Shown here: positions 1 through 9,523 of the stretch, in pieces
How the letters are laid out: every line of letters starts with the position of its first letter
How positions within the stretch are numbered: position 1 is the stretch's first letter
Program-made: the position numbers and the translations under genes
The notes under the pieces: generated by a model
Told to the model about the DNA's origin: nothing
Seen by the model: only the letters and a program-made list of their open reading frames with translations
Database searches by the model: none
Assembly (NCBI GenBank): GCA_016210745.1
Contig: JACQTO010000108.1
Span: forward strand, 9,563 to 73,562
Source of the DNA: Betaproteobacteria bacterium
GTDB taxonomy: Bacteria; Pseudomonadota; Gammaproteobacteria; Burkholderiales; SG8-39
DNA length: 64,000 nt
Direction: 5' to 3'

Positions 1-349
1 CGCTCGAGTTCGCGATAGTCGCGCTCGGCGACGTGGTTCACCATCATCGGCATCGCAAACATGCCGATGATGAGCACCGCCGTCACCAGGACCAGCGGCA
101 CGAAGGCGAGGGCGAGCACCACCCAGCCGATGTGCGCGGCGAAGAGCGCGAGCGGCCAGAATTGGATCATCCATTCGACCATCGATGACTGGCGCAAAGT
201 GACCTCGACCCACTGCGCCGCCTGCGCCCAGAACAGCGCCGCCAGCAGGATCCACAGCGCCAGCGCGATCAGCACCGGCCAGATCATCAGCAGCAGCATG
301 CGCGGGTGCAGCAGCGAGACAAACGCCCGAATCAGAGACTGCGCCAGCA
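1..349 (-). CDS. EI24/CysZ-like integral membrane protein, N-terminal part (gene continues past the left edge)
   Basis: The minus-strand frame is open to the window edge. The translation VLAQSLIRAFVSLLHPRMLLLMIWPVLIALALWILLAALFWAQ... is multi-TM and resembles EI24-domain proteins. GTG at 349-347 is the first plausible start after an in-frame stop. The ORF is absent from the ORF track because it is truncated. Confidence 0.5.
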
Positions 350-372
350 CCGGTTGCCCCTCGAATAGTAGG

Positions 373-457
373 CAAAATGGGGTCAGAGTAACTTTTCTTC
401 AAAGCAGTGCCAATTCGGCTCGCCGCGTTTAGGAAATGTTACTCTGACCCCATTTTG
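373..457. repeat. R1 palindromic element, copy 1 (arms CAAAATGGGGTCAGAGTAAC-TTTC / GAAATGTTACTCTGACCCCATTTTG)
   Basis: The 25-nt inverted arms at 373-397 and 433-457 are near perfect. An A-tract lies on the left and a T-tract on the right. The element sits 27 nt downstream of the cytochrome c stop codon. Confidence 0.9.
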
Positions 458-483
458 CGCAGCTCAACCTGCCGAAACGTCAC

Positions 484-933
484 TCAATACTTTGCCTGGA
501 TCCGCGCCAACTCGTCCTTGGTGATCGCGTCCCGCCTCTTGAGGGTCCAAGCGTCCTTGCCGATCCATTCCTTGAAGCGCGCGAGGTTCTTTTGCCGTTC
601 AGCCTCGGTCGCGCCCAGGGTGGAATACATGTTCCCCGGTTTCCCGTCCTTCGCATTCTTGCCGTCGTCCAGCCGCCGCATGATGGCCCCCGTATCGGGC
701 CAGGCGATGAAAAAGAGCAAGTCGGCATAGGTGTCCATACGCGGGCCTTTGCCGATGGCCTTGTACTTGTCCTTGTTCTCGCTGAATTCTCCGAGATAAG
801 GCGCGTCGGGTCCATGGCACGCTGAACATTTGGCTCCCCAAAGCGGGCGGATGTCCTTGCGGTACGTTACCTGCTGCGCCAAAGCGGGCGCTGCAAGCGC
901 CATGGACAGGAATAGACCAACCATCGCTCTCAT
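484..933 (-). CDS. Periplasmic mono-haem c-type cytochrome
   Basis: The internal ATG at 933 follows a GGGGGTGA Shine-Dalgarno sequence. There is a signal peptide MRAMVGLFLSMALAAPALAQ and a single CSACH haem-binding motif. Confidence 0.75.
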   Translation of the reverse strand: MRAMVGLFLSMALAAPALAQQVTYRKDIRPLWGAKCSACHGPDAPYLGEFSENKDKYKAIGKGPRMDTYADLLFFIAWPDTGAIMRRLDDGKNAKDGKPGNMYSTLGATEAERQKNLARFKEWIGKDAWTLKRRDAITKDELARIQAKY

Positions 934-1020
934 GTCACCCCCTTGAAACCGGCACGCTCGCGTTCGTTCCGATCCGTCCCGGGCCGCATAGGCTACCCGC
1001 GCTTTACGCATGCGGCAAGT

Positions 1021-1719
1021 TCAGCCGCGCCTTCGGCCCTCGGCTGGCTTGTTGGGCAGCTTGGCCGGTTTGTGCGGGCCCCAAACGCGGCTGTAGTAAG
1101 TGTCCGCCAGCTGCAGCGCGCCCACCGGGTTGTGGGCGAGCACTCGGTCCTTCGCGATCAGCGTAGTGACGAGTCCTTCGGAGTGGCGCATGAACAGGCT
1201 GTCGTGTCCCACGCACAGCCCGAGAATGACGTTCAGCTCGCAACCCGCGCGGTTGAGCAATTCAGCCTGTGAAATCGGGTTGCACATCGGTTCGAAGTTA
1301 CCCGGATTGATCTTTTCTTCGTCCTTCAGGCCGATCCGCTCCTTGGGGACGCCGCCGTGCTTGCAGGCGACCGAGGCCACTTCAAATCCGTGGCTCTCGA
1401 GAATGGCGCTGAACACACGGCCCAGATCGACGAAACTGATGCACATGGCGATGCCCACCTTGCGAAAACCCATTTTGGTCGCAAAGCGGCACACCTCCTC
1501 GACCCGCGTCCACTTGCAGTAGCCCTCGGCCTCGACCAAAGCCGCTGTCTTTGCGACGCGCATCGCGAACGGATCGGCGCTCGATTCCCAGGCCTTGGCG
1601 ATTCCCTCGGGATCCACCTTGGAGGGACAGAATCCGGGACCGCGCTGCTCGCCTTCTCCCTGTCGGCAGGCGCGAATCGTGTCCGGACAGTAGGAACAAC
1701 TCGGTGTCTCGTAGGTCAT
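1021..1719 (-). CDS. DUF1847-family Cys-rich metal-binding protein
   Basis: The protein starts at MTYETPSCSYCPD (ATG 1719, GGAGA upstream). Its Cys-rich pattern (CSYCPD, CRQGE, GFCPSK, GLCVGHD) is typical of DUF1847. Confidence 0.7.
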   Translation of the reverse strand: MTYETPSCSYCPDTIRACRQGEGEQRGPGFCPSKVDPEGIAKAWESSADPFAMRVAKTAALVEAEGYCKWTRVEEVCRFATKMGFRKVGIAMCISFVDLGRVFSAILESHGFEVASVACKHGGVPKERIGLKDEEKINPGNFEPMCNPISQAELLNRAGCELNVILGLCVGHDSLFMRHSEGLVTTLIAKDRVLAHNPVGALQLADTYYSRVWGPHKPAKLPNKPAEGRRRG

Positions 1720-1900
1720 GCGAATTTCTCCATCGTGACGATTCGCTTCCGGAAAACAATCATTGCCTGTCCGCGCTGCCGCGCGAGGAATGGCAGATCC
1801 ATGCAAATAGGCTACTCGCCCTTTGCGAGTGCATCAACCGCGTTGGCAATCGTCGCGAGTGCCATCGCGGCCATTCCATTGCAAAAGAGCGCGAGGCGGC

Positions 1901-4900
1901 TCATCGCTGCATCGCCGCCCACATCTTCTGCAGCCGCTTGGCCGACACCGGCACCGGGGTCTTGAGTTCCTGCGCGAATAGCTGCACGCGCAGCTCCTCC
2001 AGCATCCAGCCGAATTGACCGAGCCGCGGGTCGCGCTCGCCCGATTTCTGCCGCTTTGCGAGCTCTCGCTGCCACTGAACGAGCAAGGGCGAGATCTCGG
2101 CCTGGTTGCGCGCGTCGCGCGCCGGGTCGGTGCGCAGCTTGTCCAGGCGCAAACTCGCCGCCCTGAGGTAGCGCGGGAAATGCTGCAGCCGCTCGTAGGG
2201 CGTCTCGGCGATAAAGTGCTTGGGCAGCAGGCGCGCCAGGCCCTCGCGGATATCGCGGCACGCCTCGGGAAAGGCTTTTGCCGCCTGCTGCAGCTTTTTC
2301 TGCAGCGCTTGGTGTTCGCCGAGAATCGTGCCGGCGAGCCGGGCGAGCTCCTGCGCGATCAGCGTTACGCGGGCACGCCCCTCGTCGCGGCGGCGCGCGA
2401 ACTCGGCTGCGCTGCGCGGCCACGGTTCGGCGAGACAGGCGCGGTCGAATGCCGCGGCGAGCAGTTGTGATCTCAATTCGTTCGCGTCGCCAAAAGGGAT
2501 GAATGCGAGGGCAAGGGCCTGCAGCCCCGGCAGGTTTTTCTCGATGAACTTCGCCTGCTCTTTCAATTGCAGCATGAACAGGCGCCGCAGCCCCGCGCGG
2601 TGCAGCTCGTGCGCGCGCTCGGCTGAATCGAGCACTTCGAGCGTCACCGCGTCGTCGCCGTCTGTGAGCGCCGGATACCCGATCAAGGTCTGCGCCCCAC
2701 GGCGGATTTCCATCACTTCGGCCAGATCGCCAAAACTCCAGTCGGTGCAGCGTTCGCCCTTGGCTTCCGTCTTGGCCACGGCGGCGAAGCGCTCCCCGGC
2801 CGCGCCCCCAAGTTCTGCGCGCAATTGCGCCAGATTCCGGCTCATCGCGAGCTGGCGCCCATGCTCGTCGACGACGCGGAAGTTCAATGCCAGGTGCGCC
2901 GGCAGCAGCTCCGGCCGGAAGCCGTCCTGCGGCAACGCGAGGTTGAGTTCGCGGCGCGCGTAACGCGAGATAGCCTCCGCGAGCGTCGCTTCGCCCGGCT
3001 GCTCGGAGGCGAGAAACGCGTCGGCGAATTCGGCCGGAGGTCCGAGCCGATGGCGCAGCTTCTGCGGCAGCGACTTGGCGAGCAGCATCACTTTTTCGCG
3101 CCTCAGACCCGGCACCAGCCAATCGGCGAGCGCCGCGCTCACCTGGTTGAGCGCGATGAGCGGAACGGTCATGGTCACGCCGTCGCGTTGCCCGCCCGGG
3201 TCGTGGTGATATTCAAGCGCGAAGCTGCGCCCTGCCATTTCGATCTGATGCGGAAACTGCGCCGTGGTAATACCCGCGGCCTCGTGACGCATCAGGTCCT
3301 CGCGCCTGAGAAACAGGAGCTTCGGATTCGCCCTTTCGGCCTCCGCTCGCCAGGCGTCGAACGCCGCACCGTTGTGTATGCCTTCGGGAACCAAGCTGTC
3401 GTAAAAGGCATAGATCAGCTCGTCGTCCACCAACACGTCGGGCCGGCGCGACTTGTGCTCGAGCTGTTCGATCTCGCGCACGAGCTTGCGGTTGTGCTGA
3501 AAATACGGCGCGCGCGACTCCCAGTCGCCCTCGACCAGCGCCTGGCGGATGAAAATGCGGCGGGATTCCGCCGGGTCCATCGGACCGTAATGCACGCGCC
3601 GGTTCGTGTAGAGCGGCAGGCCGTAGAGCGTGCCGCGCTCGAAGGCGGCGACCTGCGCCGGCTTCTTCTCCCAGTGCGGGTCGTACTGGTGGCGCCGTAC
3701 CAGATGTTTCCCCACGTTTTCCAGCCACTCCGGTTCTATGGCGGCGATTGCACGGCCGTACAGACGCGTGGTCTCGGTGAGCTCGGCCGCCATGATCCAG
3801 CGCCCCGCCTTCTTCGCCACGCCCGATCCGGGATGCACCCAGAACTTGATGCCGCGGGCCCCGAGGTAGTTTCCTTCCTCGGTCTTCATGCCTATGTTTC
3901 CGAGCAGCCCCGTCAGAAGCGCGCGGTGGATCTGGACATAGTTGGCCGGGGTCTCGCCGCTGCGCCACCCCATCTCCGAAACCAGTTCCTTCAGTTGCGC
4001 ATGGACATCGCGCCACTCGCGCATGCGATTGAAGGACAGAAAATGATCGCGGCAGGCCTCGCGCAGTTTCCGGCTGGATTTCTTGTGCGCCAGCGCTTCC
4101 TCGAAAAACGCCCACAGCTTGAGGTAGGCGACGAAGTCGGAGCGCTCGTCGTCGAAGCGCTTCTGCGCCGTATCGGCGGCCTGCGCGCGATCGAGCGGGC
4201 GCTCGCGCGGATCCGGCACGGAGAGGGCCGCTGCGATGACCAGTGCTTCGGCGAGGCTCGCCTCGGATTTCGCTGCCAGAATCATGCGGCCGATGCGCGG
4301 ATCGACCGGAAGCCGCGCGAGCTGCTGACCTACTTCCGTCAATCGGCGTTCGCCATCGACCGCTCCCAGTTCGGTGAGCAGTGCATAGCCATCGGCGATC
4401 GCCTTCGGCTCCGGCGGGTCGATAAACGGAAAGTTTTCCACTTCGCCCAGCCGGAGCGATTTCATTCGCAGGATCACGCTCGCCAGCGATGAGCGCAGAA
4501 CTTCCGGGTCCATGAACGCCGGCCGCAGGTCGTAGTCGTCCTCGCCGTAGAGGCGGATGCACAGGCCCGCGGCCACCCTGCCGCAGCGCCCGGCGCGCTG
4601 TTTGGCCGCTGCTTGTGAGATCTTCTCCACCCGCAACTGCTCGACCTTATTGCGATAGCTGTAGCGCTTCACGCGCGCAAGCCCCGTGTCCACCACGAAG
4701 CGCACGCCCGGCACCGTGAGCGAGGTTTCCGCCACGTTGGTCGCGAGCACGATGCGCCGGCCCGGGTGCGGCCTGAACACGCGCTGCTGCTCTTCGGCCG
4801 AAAGCCGCGCGAACAACGGCAGGATCTCGGTTTGCGGCGGGTGGTGTTTTCGCAGCGTCTCGGCCGCCTCGCGGATCTCGCGCTCGCCCGGCAGGAACAC

Positions 4901-5656
4901 CAGCACGTCCCCGGGGCCGCGCAAGGCCAGCTCGTCCACCGCTTCGCTGATCGCGTCGTTGAGATCCGCTTCGTCCTCCTCCCTCGCATCGAGCGGCCTA
5001 TAACGCAGCTCCACCGGGTAAAGCCGTCCCGACACTTCGATCACTGGTGCGGCCCTTCCAGCGGGATCCGAGAAATGGTGCGAAAAGCGCTCGGCATCGA
5101 TGGTGGCCGAGGTGATGACGAGCTTCAGGTCCGGCCGCCTCGGCAGCAATCCCTTCAGATAGCCGAGCAGGAAATCGATGTTGAGGCTGCGTTCATGCGC
5201 CTCGTCGATGATCAGGGTGTCGTATTGCAGAAGCAGCGGATCGCCTTGCGTCTCGGCAAGCAGAATGCCGTCGGTCATCAGTTTCACGTACGAGCGCGGG
5301 CTGACGCGGTCGGTGAAACGGATTTTGTAGCCGACCGCGCCGCCCAGCTCGGCCTTCAGCTCCTGGGCGATGCGCGAGGCGGTCGCACGCGCCGCGATGC
5401 GTCGCGGCTGCGTGTGTCCGATAAAGCCGCCGACCCCGCGTCCCAGTTCAAGGAGAATTTTCGGCAACTGAGTGGTCTTGCCCGAGCCGGTCTCGCCGCA
5501 CACGATCACCACCGGGTGACAGGCGATCGCCGCTGCGATCTCGTCCCGTCTTGCGCAAATCGGAAGTTCGGGCGGGAATTCTGGACGCGGCAGCAAGCGG
5601 CGCCGCGCTTCGATTTCGGCAGGTGAAAAGCGTCTTGGCGTCTGGCTCGCGGACAT
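1901..5656 (-). CDS. hrpA: ATP-dependent RNA helicase HrpA (DEAH-box)
   Basis: The 1251-aa ORF carries GETGSGKTTQLP (Walker A), DEAH (IIDEAHERS), TNVAETSLT and QRAGRCGR motifs plus the long HrpA C-terminal region. Confidence 0.97.
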   Translation of the reverse strand: MSASQTPRRFSPAEIEARRRLLPRPEFPPELPICARRDEIAAAIACHPVVIVCGETGSGKTTQLPKILLELGRGVGGFIGHTQPRRIAARATASRIAQELKAELGGAVGYKIRFTDRVSPRSYVKLMTDGILLAETQGDPLLLQYDTLIIDEAHERSLNIDFLLGYLKGLLPRRPDLKLVITSATIDAERFSHHFSDPAGRAAPVIEVSGRLYPVELRYRPLDAREEDEADLNDAISEAVDELALRGPGDVLVFLPGEREIREAAETLRKHHPPQTEILPLFARLSAEEQQRVFRPHPGRRIVLATNVAETSLTVPGVRFVVDTGLARVKRYSYRNKVEQLRVEKISQAAAKQRAGRCGRVAAGLCIRLYGEDDYDLRPAFMDPEVLRSSLASVILRMKSLRLGEVENFPFIDPPEPKAIADGYALLTELGAVDGERRLTEVGQQLARLPVDPRIGRMILAAKSEASLAEALVIAAALSVPDPRERPLDRAQAADTAQKRFDDERSDFVAYLKLWAFFEEALAHKKSSRKLREACRDHFLSFNRMREWRDVHAQLKELVSEMGWRSGETPANYVQIHRALLTGLLGNIGMKTEEGNYLGARGIKFWVHPGSGVAKKAGRWIMAAELTETTRLYGRAIAAIEPEWLENVGKHLVRRHQYDPHWEKKPAQVAAFERGTLYGLPLYTNRRVHYGPMDPAESRRIFIRQALVEGDWESRAPYFQHNRKLVREIEQLEHKSRRPDVLVDDELIYAFYDSLVPEGIHNGAAFDAWRAEAERANPKLLFLRREDLMRHEAAGITTAQFPHQIEMAGRSFALEYHHDPGGQRDGVTMTVPLIALNQVSAALADWLVPGLRREKVMLLAKSLPQKLRHRLGPPAEFADAFLASEQPGEATLAEAISRYARRELNLALPQDGFRPELLPAHLALNFRVVDEHGRQLAMSRNLAQLRAELGGAAGERFAAVAKTEAKGERCTDWSFGDLAEVMEIRRGAQTLIGYPALTDGDDAVTLEVLDSAERAHELHRAGLRRLFMLQLKEQAKFIEKNLPGLQALALAFIPFGDANELRSQLLAAAFDRACLAEPWPRSAAEFARRRDEGRARVTLIAQELARLAGTILGEHQALQKKLQQAAKAFPEACRDIREGLARLLPKHFIAETPYERLQHFPRYLRAASLRLDKLRTDPARDARNQAEISPLLVQWQRELAKRQKSGERDPRLGQFGWMLEELRVQLFAQELKTPVPVSAKRLQKMWAAMQR

Positions 5657-5675
5657 TGGCGGCGCGAATGCTACC

Positions 5676-5790
5676 GAGCAAAATGGGGAAAAATGGGGTC
5701 AGAGTAACATTTCATCGTGGCGCGCCGATTTGGCGCGATGCGATTGGGAAATGTTACTCTGACCCCATTTTTCCTGACCCCATTTTGCTC
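5676..5790. repeat. R1 palindromic element, copy 2, with nested partial duplication of the arm tips
   Basis: The left side reads GAGCAAAATGGGGAAAAATGGGGTCAGAGTAACATTTC and the right side reads GAAATGTTACTCTGACCCCATTTTTCCTGACCCCATTTTGCTC. It lies between the hrpA start (5656) and the stop of the DUF2591 gene (5789-5791). Confidence 0.9.
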
Positions 5791-6139
5791 AGTCGATCTC
5801 GACCATCGCGCCGAGCTTCAGCGTAACCAGTGCCCGCATCGCCGCGACGAGCGGCGTCGGCCCGGCTGCAGCGACTTGGCGATCGATGTCGGCAGTCCAT
5901 TCCGCACCAGTCCGCTGCACGCTGATTCCGAACTTGTCGATCAGCGGGCCACCCTGCCTCCAGTCCGTCGTCGGCGTATAGGCAAACATGCGCGCGTCGG
6001 CAGTGCGGGTATAGACGCGCCTGTCCTTGTCTATCTCGAGGACGCGCCCCTCGGTATCCCGCATGTACAGGACATGGGTCGCCCTGGCAACCATGTAATC
6101 AAGCTCGATATTGCTGAGATCTGAAACCGACTTTTTCAT
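5789..6139 (-). CDS. DUF2591 / phage NinX-like protein
   Basis: The protein starts at MKKSVSDLSNIELDYMVARA. The motif YTPTTDWRQGGPLIDKFGI matches the NinX/DUF2591 pattern (LSDxELDxxVA ... STDWxQGGPII). Confidence 0.7.
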   Translation of the reverse strand: MKKSVSDLSNIELDYMVARATHVLYMRDTEGRVLEIDKDRRVYTRTADARMFAYTPTTDWRQGGPLIDKFGISVQRTGAEWTADIDRQVAAAGPTPLVAAMRALVTLKLGAMVEID

Positions 6140-6187
6140 CGTTTCGCGCGCAATCTGATACGACTTCCGCAATTGTAGGAGCTAAGT

Positions 6188-6330
6188 CGGACGAGCCGGA
6201 ACCGGGAAGGCTGTTTTTTTGCCTTTATTCGATCTCGTGTTTTCGTGCAGTTGCTTTGCAACTGCACGAAAACACGAGACCTAGAGAACACCAAAATCTT
6301 CACCGGAATTGCCAGCAATAAACTCGTGAG
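6188..6330 (+). repeat. R2 structured intergenic element, copy A
   Basis: It begins CGGACGAGCCGGAACC. A perfect 22-bp hairpin pairs 6233-6254 with 6258-6279 (TCTCGTGTTTTCGTGCAGTTGC ttt GCAACTGCACGAAAACACGAGA). The conserved 3' flank ends ..AAACTCGTGAG. Confidence 0.9.
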
Positions 6331-6380
6331 CCGCTATTGATGATCCCGTACCCGTCCCGCGCGGCCGATCCCTGCTTCCT

Positions 6381-7490
6381 TTACTGAGATTTTCCGCGCG
6401 CCTCGATCGTCCAGAAACCTTCAAGGCGTCCGCTACGATGCACGGCGAACCGGTCGTAAAGATTGACGGTGGTGTCGCAGTGACTGGGTATCAATTCGAT
6501 CCGATCGCCGAGCGCAAGATTCAGCTCGCCTGCGCTTGACCTGATGCTGCCGTGCTCGTCTCCCGCAAACTCGAATATCAAGTCTGATCGATTTTTCACC
6601 GACGGCAGTCCGCCGTCGCTGCTCGCTGATTTCCAGCCCACATCGACAATGGCCTTGCCCGCGGTGGTTTTGCTGATGACGCTGGCGAGTATAGTGAGCG
6701 GCTGTCCGAGCGGATGCTCGTCGCCCTCGCCCGCAAGGGCCACTTTGGCGTATGCGGTGTCCATGGTCACGTAGCTGCCGGGCTGCAGTTCGGTCAGCAT
6801 GCCAAGGCGGATGTCGATCGGGAAGCTTCCCGTTCCGCCTCCGGTTGCGACCGTACAATCCAGGCCCGCGGCGCGAACGCCGTCGCTGGCGAGGCGCAGC
6901 TTGCCCATCGCTTCGCGCACCAGCGCGTCGCGGTCGCTGAACGAGGCCACAGCCTGCAGTTTGCCCTGGTAGCCCTGCAAGCCGCGGAACCGAAGTCCTC
7001 GCGATCGCGCAATGACGGTTGCGAGTTCAGCCGCACGCGGACCCGGTGCAACTCCCGCGCGTGCCTGTCCCACGTCCACCTCGACCAGGACATCGATCTG
7101 CACGCCCGCCGAGCCGGCTGCTTGGGCAAGCTCGGCGATATTGGATTCGTCATCGACCACTACGGCCACCTTGGCCGACCTCGCCAGATCGACCAGCCTG
7201 CGAATCTTGAGTCCGCCCACCACCGGCGTAGTGACCAGCAGGTCGCGCACACCGCCTGCGGCCATCGCCTCGGCCTCTCCCAGCTTGGCACAGCAAAGCC
7301 CCACGGCGCCGCGCTCGACTTGAATTCGCCCGACGGCGCTGCACTTGTGCGCCTTCGCGTGGGGACGCAATTGCAGTCCTGCCGACGCGGCGCCGCGTTG
7401 GTAGCGGTCGATGTTGCGCTCGACCTGATCCAAATCGAGCAGCAGTGCCGGTGTATCGAGCTCGGCGAATTCTTCCTGTTTGGCGCTCAC
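6381..7490 (-). CDS. DSD1/D-threonine aldolase-family PLP enzyme (alanine-racemase-like N-domain)
   Basis: It has the RPHAKAHK PLP-lysine motif characteristic of DSD1/D-TA enzymes. The GTG start overlaps the stop of the downstream gene (GTGA). Confidence 0.8.
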   Translation of the reverse strand: MSAKQEEFAELDTPALLLDLDQVERNIDRYQRGAASAGLQLRPHAKAHKCSAVGRIQVERGAVGLCCAKLGEAEAMAAGGVRDLLVTTPVVGGLKIRRLVDLARSAKVAVVVDDESNIAELAQAAGSAGVQIDVLVEVDVGQARAGVAPGPRAAELATVIARSRGLRFRGLQGYQGKLQAVASFSDRDALVREAMGKLRLASDGVRAAGLDCTVATGGGTGSFPIDIRLGMLTELQPGSYVTMDTAYAKVALAGEGDEHPLGQPLTILASVISKTTAGKAIVDVGWKSASSDGGLPSVKNRSDLIFEFAGDEHGSIRSSAGELNLALGDRIELIPSHCDTTVNLYDRFAVHRSGRLEGFWTIEARGKSQ

Positions 7491-9268
7491 TGCATCACCT
7501 TCTGATAGACGATTCTTCCACCCACCATGGTCATTTCCGCTGCGATATCCTTCAGCGCATCTTGCTCGACGCTGAGCGGATCCGCGTCCAGTACGGCGAG
7601 GTCGGCCAGCTTGCCCGGCTCTATCGATCCCTTCCTGTTTTCATCGAAAGTGAGCCATGCGCCGTTGGCGGTGGCGCAGCGCAGCGCCTGCTCGCGCGTG
7701 AGCCGTTGATCCGGGGCGATCAAATCCTCGGTGTAGCGATTGCGGCGCGACACGACCTGCCACACGGGGTAGAACATGCTTACCGGCACGTTGTCTGTGG
7801 CGAGCGCCAGCTTCAGGCCGCGTTCGACCAACGAGCGAAACGGCGCGATTTCGTTCTCCCGCTCAGGTCCCAGACGCTGCTTGAGCAAGTGGCCCTCCTT
7901 GTATATATAGCGATTCGTATGTGAGGTCAGCACCAGGCCCATCTCCTCGATACGGTCTATGTCCCGTTCCGAAAGCGTGGAGATATGGCCATAAACCCAG
8001 CGCCTGCCGGTAAGCGGGACGACCCGGTGCACTTCGTAGAAAAGATCGACCATCGGCGGCGTACCGCCTACCACCCGGATGTCATTGCGCGCACACGCAA
8101 TCAACAATTCCTTGGCCCGCTCGCGCGGCAGCGCAGTCGCGTAATTGAAGCCCGCCCATCCCGTGTAGGGCAGGGCCGCCGCGCGCGCAAGATTATCGGG
8201 GGAGTGGGTGACGGTCACATAAATTCCGGTCATCTTGAGGAAATCGTCGCCGAGCGCCGGCTCCCCTAGCCAACCGCACCAGCCTTCGACAAAAGCGTTG
8301 AGGTCGACATCGCCCGCCGCGTGCCAGTTGGGGCTGAGCACGAGGGCAACGCGCATGGTCATTTCCTGGTTTCTCCGCAGATCCTTGTAGGCTCGAATCA
8401 GTTCGGTCGCAGCGCCATGTTCCTCGAACACGCTGGTGGTTCCGAAGGCATGATAGGCAGAAAACGAAGCCGGGAGCGTCCGCGCGCGGTCGGCGCGCGT
8501 GAATCCAGGCATGCCTCGCAGCAACGTCAATTCCACCACCGGCATGAAGGTGTCTTCGTAGAACACCCCCGTTGGCTCGCCCCTAGCGTCCTTTTCGATG
8601 GTGACCGATGCCGCGGGCGGAGCGGTGTTGCGGTCGATCCCCGCGGCCTCCAGCGCGCGGGTATTGGCAATCGAGACCAGCGGCAGCGTGTGGCGCCAGA
8701 AACCCCAGATCGGCCGGATATAGACCGGGTTGTCGGGCGCGGCCTCGTCCAATTCGTAACGGTTCGGGAATCGACGCTCTTTGAGGATGTCCGGCACGTC
8801 GAAATACGCCGGTGGATCGCCGATGGGCATAGTCACTATCCACTCGCCGGGCTTTGCGGCACGTGCGAGTCCGGAGATTCGCGCCTGGATGTCCGCAATC
8901 GAGCACACCCGGCCGAGGGAAGGGAAAACCGACTTCAGACCCTCACGGTCCACGTGCGCATGACCGTCGATCAAGCCCGGCAGGACCGACTTGCCTGCCA
9001 GATCGATCACCCGTGTTCCCGGACCGATCAGCGGTGCGATCTCGGCCGAAGAGCCAACCGCGGCAATGCGCTCCCCGCAGATCGCCACGGCGCGGGCCAC
9101 GGTGAAGGAATCGTCCACCGTGATGATTTTTCCGTTGGCAAGGACGATGTCGGCCTGGGCGTTCAAGATTTTTGCTTCGCGACTATGAAATAGTGCACGC
9201 CTGCCGGCCTGCGGATGCAGCACGATACTCCCCGAGGCCCGAGGCGGCAATCCATGACCGACATCCAT
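7487..9268 (-). CDS. Amidohydrolase-family (Amidohydro_3, D-aminoacylase-like) protein
   Basis: Motifs include ADIVLANGKIITVDD near the N-terminus, GLIDGHAHVD as the metal-binding motif, and a C-terminal TDNVP...GSIEPGKLADLAVLD. I chose the ATG at 9268 because it is preceded by GGGA. The longest ORF starts at GTG 9283. Confidence 0.8.
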   Translation of the reverse strand: MDVGHGLPPRASGSIVLHPQAGRRALFHSREAKILNAQADIVLANGKIITVDDSFTVARAVAICGERIAAVGSSAEIAPLIGPGTRVIDLAGKSVLPGLIDGHAHVDREGLKSVFPSLGRVCSIADIQARISGLARAAKPGEWIVTMPIGDPPAYFDVPDILKERRFPNRYELDEAAPDNPVYIRPIWGFWRHTLPLVSIANTRALEAAGIDRNTAPPAASVTIEKDARGEPTGVFYEDTFMPVVELTLLRGMPGFTRADRARTLPASFSAYHAFGTTSVFEEHGAATELIRAYKDLRRNQEMTMRVALVLSPNWHAAGDVDLNAFVEGWCGWLGEPALGDDFLKMTGIYVTVTHSPDNLARAAALPYTGWAGFNYATALPRERAKELLIACARNDIRVVGGTPPMVDLFYEVHRVVPLTGRRWVYGHISTLSERDIDRIEEMGLVLTSHTNRYIYKEGHLLKQRLGPERENEIAPFRSLVERGLKLALATDNVPVSMFYPVWQVVSRRNRYTEDLIAPDQRLTREQALRCATANGAWLTFDENRKGSIEPGKLADLAVLDADPLSVEQDALKDIAAEMTMVGGRIVYQKVMQ

Positions 9269-9523
9269 GACCGATCCCGTCACGGCTGACGCACTACAAA
9301 ACCCCGGCTCTCAGGGGTCTTTTCCCGTGCCTTCGCCCCACACTGCGGGATAGGCTATTATCAGCGGCAATTCGGAGGTTTGCGCTTGCGGGGGAGGACT
9401 CGCAATACCGGTCGTGCAAACAGGTACGGTATTCTTCTTCTGCTCCGGCGACACGCTGAATTCTCGGGTGGAATACTGCCAAGCTCCAACCCTTTGACCA
9501 ACAAAAATGCAAAAACGGAAGGA

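Noticed and set aside
373-457. Is R1 a Tn3-derived miniature element, given that its arms contain GGGGTC as Tn3-family inverted repeats do?
   Set aside because: Arm conservation extends outward past the GGGG (AAAAT precedes it in all copies). No 5-bp target duplications are evident and no transposase is nearby. The resemblance is limited to a few bases.
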